A stretch of DNA of 64,000 nt from Mobula birostris (taxonomy: Eukaryota). The translations under genes and the position numbers were made by a program. Numbering within the stretch: the first letter of the stretch is position 1; every line of letters begins with the position of its first letter. The stretch covers positions 558,001-622,000 of the forward strand of contig NW_027276263.1 of the NCBI RefSeq assembly GCF_030028105.1, read 5' to 3'. Positions 12,717-25,692 of this stretch are shown here, one piece after another. The notes under the pieces were generated by a model. That model did not search any database, was not told the DNA's origin, and was given only the letters and a program-made list of their open reading frames with translations.

Positions 12717-13720
12717 ATTTCACTGTTACAAATGTCATTCCAATAGGATTTATCTTTTCTCCAGTATAAATTCTTAGTTGGATATCTGCAGGCTTCAGTT
12801 CGGTATCTTTGAAATGCCATTCAAACTCATTTTGTGGAATGACTGAAACAGCCGAGTCGGTGTAAAATTCCACTTCAATTAACTTGCCGTTCACTTCTGG
12901 CGTAAAACTCAAGGTTACATAGTCCTGTGTCACTCTCATCATTATCAGATTTTGCATCAACAGAATGCAGATCCTCTGTCTGTTGTTTCCATTATACTGC
13001 AGTTTTAAATGTGAATTGTGCATCAGTTAGAAGCCATTTTTGAATGCTTCTTTTGTAAGATTCCACAAACTAAGTGATCTCTCAGTGCATCATTAAGCCC
13101 ACCACTGAACTGACAATGCTCAGATGATTTTTTCTGTTCAGACATGTACGCTAAAATGGACTTCCCTTCCTTTTAATTTTGCTTATGAAACCTAAAGCAG
13201 CTGCAATCAATAATTGTTTCAGTTCTAAATGTTCCTGAATTACTTTCATGATATCAGCAAAGCTCATTTCAAGTTTGTTTGTTTGGAGCAGTCAAACATC
13301 TGAGCAAACTGTATGCTCTTCCACTTGAAACACGCAGCAAAATTGGCACTTGCTTCTCATCGGCTATTTAGTTTGCTTAAAACACTGCTCAATTTGCTCA
13401 GTATACTGTACAAATTCCAGTTATCTCTTGTGCAATCAAATGCATCTATCTTTTCTGATGTAGCAAGCCATTTCTGCTTTTTAAAATTTATTTATGATTA
13501 TTATCACCCAGTACTCAGTGTTTATGAACCTGAGAATTCATCTGTTTTCTGTCTTTTTCTCACACTCAGTCTTCTCTATCCTTTCCCAAAGAACCAAGTG
13601 TTGTGCTGCTTTTTTTTTAGTTGATCACTTCTTATTTGCTTTTTAAAGACTTGAATGTCTCGCTGTGATTGAACAGGTAGGTAGTCATCTTGGGTTCATT
13701 TACAACTTCCTCATCACCAC

Positions 13721-13949
13721 TGTTATGTTTTCTAATTTCAAAGCTTGTAACTATTCAACAAAAAACCACAGGGACAAATGTGTACTTTTTGTTTTTACCT
13801 TCAGGGTGGTGTGATGACATATGCCATTCACATACTTTCACATATAACCTACAATGAATTATGTAAACAACAACAAATGCTTAATCAAACAATGATTATA
13901 TATGTACATAATTTTACTCAAATATTATTGAAATATTAAATACATAACA
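13721..13949 (-). repeat. 5' LTR of the minus-strand Gypsy
   Basis: TGTTATG...CATAACA 7-bp inverted termini, adjacent to the PBS. Confidence 0.85.
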
Positions 13950-13954
13950 CTACT

Positions 13955-14898
13955 TATGTTATACTTATTACTATGTGGCTAAGTACAGCTCCGATGAGAA
14001 ATTTAAGTTTTCTGACGGCACCAAAGCTATTGGTCGAATCAAAGGTGGTGACAAATCAGCACATAGGATGGAGATTGAAAATCTAGTTGAATAGTACCAC
14101 AACAACAAACTCTCAGTCAACATTAACAAAGCCAAAGAGCTGATTATTGGTTACTGGAGGACAATGAGCCAGTCCTTATTAGGGGTTTGGAGGTGGAGAG
14201 GGATGGTAACAATAATTTTTTATTTGCGATTTCATATCAGAGGACCTGTCCTGGGATCAGCAAGTATTGTAAGTGCTATCATTAAGAGGGCATGAGAATG
14301 CCTCTACCATTTTAGAGATTTGCACAGATTTGGCATATCCTCTACAACTTTGACAAACTTCACAGTAGAGAACATCCTGACTGCTGGTATCACGGCCTTC
14401 TGTGGAAACGTCAATGCCCAAGAATGGAAAAGGCTATAAATAGTCACAGACACAGCTCAGTCCATCACAGGAAAAACCCTCCATACCCCTGAGTATATTT
14501 ACAAGGAGGGCTTCCACGAGAAAGTGGCATCCATCATCAAGGACCCCAACTATAAAGGCCATGCTCTCTTCTCACTGCTGCCAACAGGAAGAAGGTACAG
14601 GAACCTTAGGTCCCACATCACTGCATCACCTCAACTCTGTACTGATTCCACAACCTGTGGAATCACTTTCTAGGAATCCAAACTCATGTTCTTAGTATTT
14701 ATTTACTAATTTCTTTATGTTTTCACTTGCACAGTTTGTCTTATTTTAGTCAGTCTTTGCTTGTGAGTAGTTTTTCATTGCTTTAATTGTATTTCTTTGT
14801 TCCACTGTGAATATCTGCAAGAAAATGAATCTCAGGATAGTATATATGGTGACAAACAGTATACATACATTGATAATAAATTTGATTTGAACTTTGAA
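13955..14898 (+). mobile_element. Rex1/Babar LINE, degraded 3' part
   Basis: Remnants of VAKYSS..FKF(S)D, EDLSW and IIKDP. Tail tgataataaatttgatttgaactttgaa. Confidence 0.8.
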
Positions 14899-16585
14899 TC
14901 TCCCTAATCACATCTGATTTTTTCACAGCAACAAATCACAAGTGAGAAAGCAATTCAGCTGAAACTTCTATCAGTGTTTGAACTAATATTATGTCTGTCA
15001 ACTAATTTGCTAGACTGCTGCATAATCAGCACCAGGACCAACAAAAAATTGATCCAGCAAAAAACTTGGACACTTTTCTCAGCAAAGCTGGTGAAATGCT
15101 GATGCCTACTAGAAAAAAAATAGCCTTGTCAGTTGCTAATACTGATCAGTATTCGAACTTGAAGAACTTTTAGCTTACCCACACATACATAGTACTCTCC
15201 TAGTCACTGTGTCGTCAAAGAACTTCCTTTCAGTTATTGATTTACCAAGAAAATCCAAATTAAAACATTCTAACCCTTATACATATTGCAGACCGTATTT
15301 TACTCACAACAGATTGGCTGATGTATTTTATGCATATGCTAATTTGACAACCTGGTGGCAGATCTTCAAGTTCCTGTACTTGAGATGAATGAATTGCCAT
15401 TGCATATTAAATGGTTTCTGCCCAGAGTTCCTCTGCAGGCTCTGTCCAGGTCATCCATATGCTTACCAATACACAAAGCCAAATCTGTCACAATTGTTTC
15501 ATGTGTGAAAACTATGCTGTCATTTCATCCGTGTCGAAGAAGCTGAGACAGCACCATGCATCCTCGGCACAGACCATTGCTTGTGTACAGAGTGTCTGCA
15601 ACTTCCGATCTGCTATTTGTATCGACATAAAATTATAAACCAGTGTTGGGGGAGAACATGGGAGAAGGTGATAAAGTGGAAGACTGGTAGGTGGTGAGAT
15701 AAGCAACAAATGTGAGGAGAATGTTGGACATGTACTTGGTTTTGAATATCCTTAGCGAGTATTTCAGCACTGCTCCTTGATGGAAATGACAAGCTGTTGA
15801 ATTATATTTATGCAATGACAGATGACTGAAATGATTATAATTCTCTAATGGATTTGCTTAATGTCAGAAGAAAGGAAATAAAGTGGAAAAATGATCACAA
15901 AATAGAAGTGTCCCTTGGAGATGGTAATTGTCTTATGTCAGAAGACAGATGGAAAAATGTCAAGATTAAATGGAAAGAAGAGAATGCTTCCAACAGGAGT
16001 GAAAATAAACTGCAAAATAAATTTGTGTGGAATATCGTTCCCTGCAAAATAGAACAAATCTGAAACATGAACGTGTAGACATTGCCAAAGTGTGTGGTGA
16101 GACTGACTGAGAAGTCTATAATCATACATTACTTCAATCATGTCTACCAAATGTAGCTAAGGAAAAAATAGTCTTAGTTACACTTTCTAAGAGTATGCTG
16201 TACCTTGTCAGGTGTATCTAAGTGATTCTACGGCACTACTGAATAAAAGCAGGGATACTTCCCAGTCTCCAAAGTGATCTGCTGCATGTCACTGTGAAAC
16301 AAAAATACTGTTTAATTTGTCAGTTGTTTTAACTGTTCCAAAATACTACGAATGTGACAATTAAAGAATAAGTTATTATTTGGTGGGGGTGTGAAGAGTT
16401 CTATGTCAACAAAAGTTACTTTGTTTAGGATGTATTTCTGAGGTCACAATAACTAGGCACAGTCTTAAAAATGAGGAGAAAAGTTTAAGATAAGTTAGGA
16501 CATCCATCTTGAAAGATGATGTTTAAGGTACAAAGAGGTGGCTACAGAAAGGTACAGTACATTTTTTAACTCAACTCGACTGCTG

Positions 16586-16803
16586 ATGCTAGACATCTGA
16601 AATAAAACCCAATAATGCTGAAAGCACTCAGCTGATCAGACTACATCTGTGAAAAGTGAAATAGAGTAAATATTTCAGGTTGAAAATATTCTGCTGATGG
16701 GTATTTCACCTAATACATTCGCCCCTTTTTCTCTTTCCGTAGGTGCTGTTTGACATGATGAACTTTTAGCATTTTTTTAGTCCGACTTAGATTTACAGCG
16801 ATC
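16586..16803. mobile_element. Old inverted-pLTR (hairpin) Penelope derivative
   Basis: Left arm gatgctagacatctgaaataaaa...aatgctgaaagcactcagc...ttcaggttgaaaata is roughly the reverse complement of the right arm tatttcacct...ggtgctgtttgac...tagcattttt...agatttacagc. The centre is ctgctgatggg. Confidence 0.6.
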
Positions 16804-17690
16804 TCACCCCACAGAACTATTAAGCAAAAGCAAAGTGAAAACATTTTGCTCTGTTCTCCTCATGCTGTCCAAGTCAAACAATATTAATTGCCTTATCTCT
16901 GAACAAAATCCATTATGTTGTCAGGGTGGCAAAGGAGTAAAAAAATAAATTAGGCTTGAAAACCTTGCTCTTGAACTGTTAATTCATCATTATGTATTAA
17001 TTTATTCAGGAGATGTTTAAATATTCTCATTCCATTCCAATGACTTACAAAGTAGATTCTGTAGCATACTATATACTATACTAGTATAAAATAAAACTCT
17101 CCAGAACCTTGTTGCTGCAAACAATGATATGGTCAGTACTCCAACCAAACACATTAAGAATCTATTCAATTGTTATATTTCTTTTTACTGAAGAACAATA
17201 TGTAACGGTACAAAAACTTGCGGCAATTTTTATATCAAAATTTAAAAATTGGGGGTTCATGACAAGAAATTAATCTTGTATGATTATTGTTAGTCCACCA
17301 TTCCATAATGCTTAATGTATTGGGTAGAATTTTCATGAATTATAGCAGATATAAATATTCCCATGTGAACCAATTGAGAACAACGCTGAAACTGAAACAA
17401 AACCAATGAGAAGGTTTTAATTTTGTACTGAACTGTTGCAGCAAAGCAGCAATTTCCATGTCCTATATGTCAACGGGAGCATGTCAATGACATGCAAGTC
17501 AACGAAACTTGGTGCTGCCCTTTGTCATGTTGAGAAGGACTTGAATTTATTTTGTATTATTTACGATCTTAGGATTTTCCAAAGTATTTTGTGACAACAA
17601 AGGATTCTTCAAGTGTACTTAATATTCCAATGTAGGAAGTGTTGTGGAGAATCTGTACACAGTAAATATTATCATTATAATGGAGACTTA

Positions 17691-17830
17691 AGAGACTAAA
17701 GATGCTGGAGTCTGGAGCAAAAAATACAAACTGCTGGACGGACTGGGGTTTGGACTGTAGGGCCTCAACCCGAAATTTCCGCAATTCCATTCCCTCCTAA
17801 GATATTGCTCATCTCATTGAGTTCATTTTT
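17691..17830. mobile_element. Degenerate inverted-pLTR Penelope derivative
   Basis: A minus pLTR tail (gatgctggagtctggagcaaaaaa...ctgctgg) is joined to a plus pLTR (agggcctcaacccgaaa...ccctcctaagatattgctc...tgagttc). Confidence 0.5.
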
Positions 17831-18682
17831 GCAATTATTATTATAATAACAAGGTAATCTTTTTCCTCAGTAGTGTGTGAGGAATTAGATTTCAAGCATT
17901 ACTTTTTGCAATAGCAAATACAGAACAGAGGGAAGGAGGAGCCTTATGTTTGTAGATTTAAAATGAATGTAGATCAAAACTGATGATACCTGTTTTATGC
18001 CTTAAAATAGAAATTCTGGAGGTGGGAGCATCTAAAATATGCAGGGAAAGTGGCAAATAAATCCCAAGAAATATTCTGCTGAAGAAAGGTGCAGGACATG
18101 GTATTCACTGGTACGGAAATTCTGTGGACTGATAGTTTGTTTATGTGAAGGCCCCATTATGTTGACATTTTTCACATGAGGTGAGAATGACTGGGGGCTT
18201 GGATTTTCAAATCTTGTTAGATCCCCACAGGTACAAAGAATCATCAAAGGAATAAATTTGGCTCTTTATGCACAGTCTTGGATCACTCAGGCATTCCATC
18301 CAGGTGTGTACAAAATTAGTCAGTAATCGTGATGCTTTCATCTGAGGCAGCCAATTCAGATTGTTGACTGGAAGCTTGTAAACAAGTGATGTTGTCTCTA
18401 ATAGTGGTTGAATACACTCAGAGGAAAGGGCAATGAAAACCAGTAAAGTACATTGAAGAACATCAGGACAAAAGGAGGGTGATGATCAAAATGATGGGAA
18501 AGTAACTTTCATGCCATATGCTTGATAGCTCTGAAGGTGCACTTCAATACACAACTACCAGAGGCTTCAGGATGGTGGTGACGTATTACAGAGGAAGAAT
18601 TGATGCAAACAGTGCAAATATTCCAGTACATATTTAGGGCTCTGGTCATCACAATGTGCTTATCAGTCAAGGTGTTGAGAAT

Positions 18683-18975
18683 CACACATAAAAGTTACTG
18701 GTGAACGCAGCATCTCTAGGAAAAGGTACAGTCGACGTTTCAGGCCGAGACGCTTTGTCAGGACTAACTGAAAGAAGAGCTAGTAAGAGATAAGTGGGAT
18801 GGGGAGGGGGAGATCCAAAATGATAGGAGAAGACAGGAGGGGGAGGGATGGAGCCAAGAGCTGTCCGAAATGCCGACTGTACCTCTTCCTGGAGATGCTG
18901 CCTGGCCTGCTGCGTTCACCAGCAACTTTTATGTGTGTTGCTTGAAATTCCAGCATCTGCAGATCTCCTCGTGTG
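18683..18975 (+). mobile_element. Inverted-pLTR mini-element (Penelope-derived) with 14-bp TSD
   Basis: Minus pLTR at 18683-18863 joined to a plus pLTR with tail at 18864-18975. TSD aaggtgttgagaat at 18669-18682 and 18976-18989. Confidence 0.9.
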
Positions 18976-18996
18976 AAGGTGTTGAGAATATCTGTA

Positions 18997-19315
18997 TCAG
19001 AAGCAGAATGAGGTTTAATATCCCGGGCATATCTGGTGAAACGTTAACTTAGCAGCAGCAGTACAATGTAATACATGATAATATAGAAAAAAGAATTACA
19101 GTAAGTATATATGTATATTAAATAGTTAAATTAAAAATAGTAGTGCAAAAACTGATATAATAAAGAAGTGATGTAGAGTTCAACGGTTCAATGTCCATTC
19201 AGGAATCAGATGGCAGAGAGGAAGAAGCTATTGCTGAATCACTGAGTGTGTGCCTTCAGGCTTCTGTACCTCCTCCCTGATGATAACATTGAGAAGAGCA
19301 CAGGTCCTGAGTGAT
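18997..19315 (-). mobile_element. Rex1/Babar 3' end
   Basis: tcagaa..aggtttaatatc tail and ggaatcagatggcagagaggaagaagct..gtgtgccttcaggcttctgtacctcct, the reverse of the end seen at 55960-56040. Confidence 0.8.
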
Positions 19316-19414
19316 TAGCCATTGTGCCTGGGATACATACTGTATGTTAGGACTCGGTTATTTCAGCTATTTGGCAATGGAACATCATGCCCATTTTCCA
19401 CCTAAGCCCAATTA

Positions 19415-19830
19415 AAACATTGGAACATAATAAGCAGAGGCAGGTGCACGTCTCAATGCACCTGAGTCTGTTCTACCATTCAAATATTTTTTCCCCTCAT
19501 CATCGTAGTGCTTACTTCCCATTCAGAACAAAATCTGCAGGCTTCAACATACCCAAGGACTCAGTATTTTCAGTGTTCCGGGTTGAAACTTGATAGAAGC
19601 TCACCATCATCTGAGGGAAGAAGTTCCTCCTTGTCTCAGTCTGATGAAACTGACTCTTTATTCTGAGGCTGTGTTCCCCACTGGCAGTGCTAGGGGATTA
19701 TTCACATAGTACAAACCCTGCAAAACCTTTCAGAATTGTACATGTTTCAATGAACTCACGACTTACCACTCATTCTTCAAGTTCCAGAAACTATTGCCCC
19801 ATGTTATTCAACCTTTCCTTAAATCAACTA
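19415..19830 (-). mobile_element. Old CR1 3' fragment
   Basis: aacattggaacata tail and gaagaagttcctccttgtctcagtc. Confidence 0.55.
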
Positions 19831-19869
19831 AAACATTTCCCCTATACTTGGCAACACTACCAGCAACAA

Positions 19870-20431
19870 TGCACAACTTGACCCTAGTATTCCGTCACTT
19901 CTTGAAGATATCCTGGATATTCAGGAGACTAGTGTCCATAATGAAGCAGACTAAGTTTACAACTTTCTGCAGTTTATTTTCGATCCCGTGTAGTGCCCCT
20001 ACCCCCACACTGGATGGTGATGCAACCGGTTAGAATGCATCTACATGGTACATCTGTAGAAACTTGCATGTGTCTTTGGTGACGTGCCAAATCTCCTCAA
20101 ACTCCTAATGCTTTCTTTGTAGCTGCATTGATATGCTGAGTCCAGGTTAGATCCTCAGAGATATTGATACCCAGGAACTTGAAACTGCTTACTCATTGAG
20201 GGATTAGACGAGGACTGGTGTATATTCCCTCATCTCACTCTTTCTGAAATCCACAATCAGTTCTTAGTCTGACTGACATTGAGTGCAAGGTTGTTGCTGT
20301 GACACCACTCAACTAGCTGATATATCATCTCTTGTACAGCCTCTCATCAACATCTGAAACTCTGCCGACAATAGATGTGTCATCAGCAAATTTATAGATG
20401 GTGTTTGAGCTGTGCATCGCCACACAGTCAC
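19870..20431 (-). mobile_element. Rex1/Babar RT fragment
   Basis: Reverse of [18 protein letters not shown] (gtcatcagcaaatttatagatggtgtttgagc) and SEDLTW. Confidence 0.8.
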
Positions 20432-20729
20432 CAATCACAGAAATTTTAAAACATTCTAATATATGCACTGGTAGGTTGTCAACATCCAGAATAATCTTCC
20501 TACCACATCCCTTATTCCATCCATTGTCTGCTCATCTTCATTTAGGTAATTCCTACATCAAATATAGTTGGAGCAGATGTTTTTTTTCCCCAGTTAATAT
20601 CCCTTACTGCTGAGTCTATGCTTGTTCCTGGCAATTAACTGAAACAGATGGGGTTGTTTTATATATTTGGTAATGTATTTGATCCTGAGATGTACTTTAA
20701 ACCATACATTTGCATGTTTACTCAGATCC

Positions 20730-21230
20730 ACTCAGTAAGATCAGCGACTCTATCTTTGCTTTTCCTCACTTCTTGCTGAAACCCTTGTCTATGCCACAAT
20801 TACAACTGGATTTGACAATTTCAGTACACTGTAGGTTGGTTCCTTTTATCCTACTCTCTATAATTGGGATCATTCCATTTTCTGCTGACTGTATCTTAAT
20901 TTCCACCAAATCTCATCTACCAATACTTCTGTATGTGCATGTAATTAAATAATACATTAAATGTATGTATTTCATCATTATTTTCAAACTCTTCCCTAAT
21001 CACCTACAGCCTACCGACCATCTGAGTAATTATTTACTCCTAGTTTGTTGGTCATACCTGATGTTAGTCACCACAGTATCAGCTCTGTCTTGAATTTTCT
21101 AGCCCTAGGTGTCAGGGGTTACCTCATTAAGTCTCTCTGGCTTTAACTTTCTTTGCTGCTTTGATGATGCTGCTTATAACCCACCTGGATCATTAAGCAG
21201 TTGGTGGCATTCAAAAAAATCTCCTGATGT
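20730..21230 (+). mobile_element. Very old L2-like 3' fragment
   Basis: Weak resemblance to the L2 ORF2 end (tgctgaaacccttgtctatgcc, ttttcaaactcttcc, cttataacccacct). Confidence 0.35.
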
Positions 21231-24200
21231 AACTGCAGATTAATGACAGACTTCTGTCACTCTGGTGTGAAAGCACAACTTATGCTTTTTTTAGTGGAGG
21301 CCAACTTGATCTTCAAACTGTCTTCCTATTAGACACAGATGAGTAGATTTGACCCAGGAACCATTCCAGGAAACATTCACAGAGCTGGAACACATCTGAT
21401 CCAAGGTCATAGGATTGCAGGGAATCATATTCTGAAGTCAGGAGTTCAGATCATAAGGTGTATTAATACTAACTGCAGGTGTCTGTGTAGAATTGGGATG
21501 GGTATTGGGTTGAGCTTGGAAGACTGGAGAAAGAACGTTTTCACCTTTTGGTTTGTAAGCATTGTTTAAAGACATTTGCCTTCCTCCGAAGCTAACTTCA
21601 CATCCCTTCAGCTGTTGGTTTCCCAAGATCCAGAATACATAGACAATGGAAGTCATCAAAGAAAATAAGTACCCTCAGAGGCTGCCTGCATTATTAAGAT
21701 AATTAATTATTAACCAGTCACGAGAGAGCAGACTGATTGCCTGCTGTATATGTCACCTTTGAAATCAGAAAGGAGCAGCTGCCAGTCAATTGGGGTCAGA
21801 TCTTTAAAATTTTAATATCTGAAAAAACTAGGTTAGGGTGGTTAAATTCATCTTTCTCACTTTAATTTTAATATTAATACAATAAATTAACTACTGTTTA
21901 ACTATTTCTTGAAATGGGATTCTATGTGAAAACTTTTTATCTACTCATTTCAAGTTCTCTGAAGAGTCCTGGTTTTGGTTGACTGGTTTATTTTGAAGAA
22001 TTGTTTGCTGTCCAGATCAAATTTTTCCAAAGCTTTGAACTCATCTCAGCATTTACTAATCATCCTAATTGGAAATCAATCTCATGAGAATAGATATATT
22101 TCACATTCATTCTATAATTCACTCCAGCTATCATCTGATTACTTTCAGTGATTTATCTTCATAGGAGCAAATTTGACATAGAACAATATAAATACCAACT
22201 TCTGACTTAAAGTATGAATTGCTTAAAGAAACAGATGATAGTCATTATGGTTTATAACCAAGGATAAACTGCTTTCATTCTTACCCATAATCTAATTGAG
22301 AAAATTCAGCTGCAGTTTAAAAGCTTTCTATAGTTCATTTCAATTTAACAGAAGGAATGATGATCAGAATGCCTATTTCATCACACATAAAGCCATCTGT
22401 TTGCCAGTCATTGTGTTATATTAATAGTGAATAAGACTCAAAAATCATTTGCCTCACAACTGATTATGTCAATCTTATTAATGTTAGGACGGTACTAATC
22501 AAACCATTCACACATGGAGTCCTGATGTGTCTTTGGTATGCAGCTCCGTGATGCTGCCATTACTAGCAAGACCAGTAGTTTATTGTCCACTATTAACTTG
22601 GCTTGAATTTCTCCTTTGAGGTGATCATTATTTGGTATCTGTGTAACATAAATGTTACTTTCTTATACACATATCTAAATATTGTGCAGGTCTTGCTGTA
22701 TGGAAAGGCAGACTGTCTCATTATCTGACCAAAATCTCCCATAACTCCTTTAGTAATATATTGATAAGAAGTTCACTGCTGAAGTAACTGAAGATAATTG
22801 GGCCTAAGACAACATTCTGAGGAATTGCTGCATAGAAACTAAGAAATTAACCTCAATCTTCCGTACTGCAAGGTTTTACTGTGGTAATGCAGAGTTTTCT
22901 ACTTGATTCCTATTGTTCCTATTCAAACTTTATTGAGGTTTCTTGCTGCCACATTTTGCGTAGAGCAGAGAATTTAAAAGAAGCAAGCAGGGGCAGGTCG
23001 GCACATTTTGTATGCCACTGATCCCGAGGAGACTTTAGATAGAGCATAACTGAGTGTTTAGCAAGGACCAATTAGAAGAAGTTAGGTTTCAGCAGAGCAG
23101 CCAGTGTTGGAATGAGGAGTTGAGACTTTGGCAGAGATAGGTGTAGGTCGTAATAAATTTAGCTTTTGATTATTTATTCTTTATTTCTTATCACACATTT
23201 AGAGCAGTGGGGATGCTAGACAGGATAGTAGAATGCTCCTCTTGTGTGATATAAGAAGGCAGAGAGACCTTTAGTGTCCCTGCGACAGCACCTGTGAGAA
23301 GTGACTCAGCTGCAGCTTCTAATTCTCTGTGTTAAGGAGTTGGAGCTGGAAATGGATGAACTCAGGATCATTCAGGAGGCTGAGGGATTGATAGACAGGA
23401 CATACTGGGAGGTAGTTACACCCAAGGTGCAGGACACAGGTAACTGGGTGACTGTCAGGAGGGGAAAAGGGGATAGGTCGCCAGAGCAGAGTACCCTGTG
23501 GCCATTCCCCTCAACAACAGGGATACCACTTTGGATACTACTAGGAGAGGTGGAGTGGTGACCATGCAGAGGGAATCAACAGCAGTCAGATGTCTAGCAC
23601 TGAGTCTGGCTCTGTGACTCAGAGGGAATGGCAGAGAAGAGGAGAGATGCAGTGATAAGGGAATTATTGGTCAGGGTAACAGAAAAGAAGTTCAGTGGAT
23701 GCGAACAAGATTTACGGACATCTTGGTTCGAGTCCACAGTATTCTTAAATGGGAGAGTGGTCAGCCAGAGGTTGTGGTCCACATTGGTACCAATTACATG
23801 GGGAGGAGGGGCGACAAAGTCATGCAAAGGCAGTTCAGGGAGATAGATGGTGTTAAATGAAAGGACCTCCAGGGGACTATGATTTCAGGATTGCTACATG
23901 TACCACAAGCTAGTGAGGCCAGAAGGAGGAAGATCAGACAGTTCAATGTGTGCTAAGGAGTTGGTGCAGGATGGAGGGCTTCAGATTATTGGGCTCTTTT
24001 CTGGGCTTCTGGGGAAGGTGGGACTTGTACAGAAGGGATGGTTTGCAGCTGAACTGGAGGGGGTCTAATATCCTAGTGGGAAAGTTTGCTAGTGCTGCCT
24101 GGGGGTCGGGGCTGGGGTGGGTGTGGATTAAATGAGGGTTCCAGGGGATGGGAACCAGAGCACCAGAATAGATGGTGGCATGGTTGTGAAGAAAAATGTT

Positions 24201-25692
24201 GTTAAGCTAATATAATCAGGAATCAAAAGGGTGAGGATAGTGGGACTAATATTATGAGCTGCATATATTTCAATGCAAGGAGTATTGTAGGAAATGTGGA
24301 TGAGCTTAGGGCATGTATCAACACATAGAATTATGACATTGTAGCCATTAATGAGACTTGTTTGCAGGAAGGGCAGAACTGGCAGCTCAATATCGTGGGG
24401 TGCTGTTGTTTCAAACAGGATAGAATGGGAAGGATTAAATGGGGAAGAGTGGCATTAATAGTCAAGGAAATTGTTACAGGAGTGTTCAGTCAAGACAGAC
24501 TGGAGAACTCATGTAGTGAGGTTTTAAGGGTAGAACAGCAAACAAGAAAGGTATGACCACATTAGTGGGGCTATATTATAGACCACCCAACAGTTTGCAG
24601 AATTTAGAGGAACAAATTTGTTGAGAGATTGCATACTCTTGTAAGAAACAAGGAATTGTGATAATAGATGATTTTAACTTTCCACATATTAACTAGGAAT
24701 CCCATACTGTAAAAGGGCTGAATGAGAAATTGTTTGTCAAATATGTTCACTAAAGTTTCCTTAATCAGTACATAGAAGTCCCAACATGAGAGATGTAACA
24801 CTAGATCTCCTATTAGGTAATGAGACAGAGCAGATGACAAAAGATTGTGTAGGGAAACACTTTGCATCTGGTGACCATAATGCCACTGGTTTCAGGGTAA
24901 TTATGGAAAAGGACAGATCTGGTCATCAGTTTGAGATTCTAAATTGGAGAAAGGTTAATTTAGATGGTATCAGAAAGGATCTGGCAAATGTGGATTGAAA
25001 CAAATTGATTTTGGGCAAAGGTGTACCTGGAGTAGGAAGCCTTCAAAAATGAAATTTTGAGACTACAGAGTTTGTATGTTCCTGTCAGAATAAAAGGCAA
25101 GGATGACAGGGTTAGGGGACCTTGGTTTTCAAGGGTTATTGAGACCCTGGATAAGAAAAAGGAGGTGCATAACAGGTACAAACAGGCAGGAACAAATGAG
25201 ATACATGCAAAGTATAAGAAATGAAAGAGAACACTTAAGAAGGAAATCAGATCAGAAGGGCTAAAAGAAGACATGAGGTTGCTCTACCAAACGTGGTGAA
25301 GGAGAATCGTAAGGGCTTTGACAAATATATTAAAAGCAAAAGGATAGCAAGGGACAGCATTGGTCCTCGGGATGATCAGAATGGTATTCAATGCATGGAA
25401 TTGAAAGAGATGATGGAGATATTAAATTGATTTTGCTTCTGTATATAGGAAATGTTCACAGAGTCTATAGATGTGAGGCAATACAGCATCAAGTTCATGG
25501 ACCCTACACAAAATATAGAGGAGGAGGTGTGGTCTTGAGGCAGATCAGGGTGGATAAATCCCCAGGGCCTGAAAATGTGTTCTCTTGGACCCTGTGTGAG
25601 GCAAGTGCAGAAATAGCAGGGGCCCCAGCAGAGATATTTAAAACATTCTTAGGAATGGTCAAATGTCGGATGACTGGAGGGTAGCTAATGTT

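Larger units (their letters stand above)
9820..13949 (-). mobile_element. Degraded Gypsy LTR retrotransposon (5'LTR-PBS-gag-PR-RT-RNaseH-start of IN), interrupted by an RTE
   Basis: RT [35 protein letters not shown] (10580-11131) and RNase H ACDVSSYGAG..FTLITDH (10196-10564). Protease remnant at ~12740-12900, gag start at ~13472, PBS tggtgatgagg at 13709-13719. No 3'LTR seen. Confidence 0.9.

Noticed and set aside
21339-21569. 76-aa ATG ORF in unique DNA
   Set aside because: Short, with no recognisable homology or splice support.
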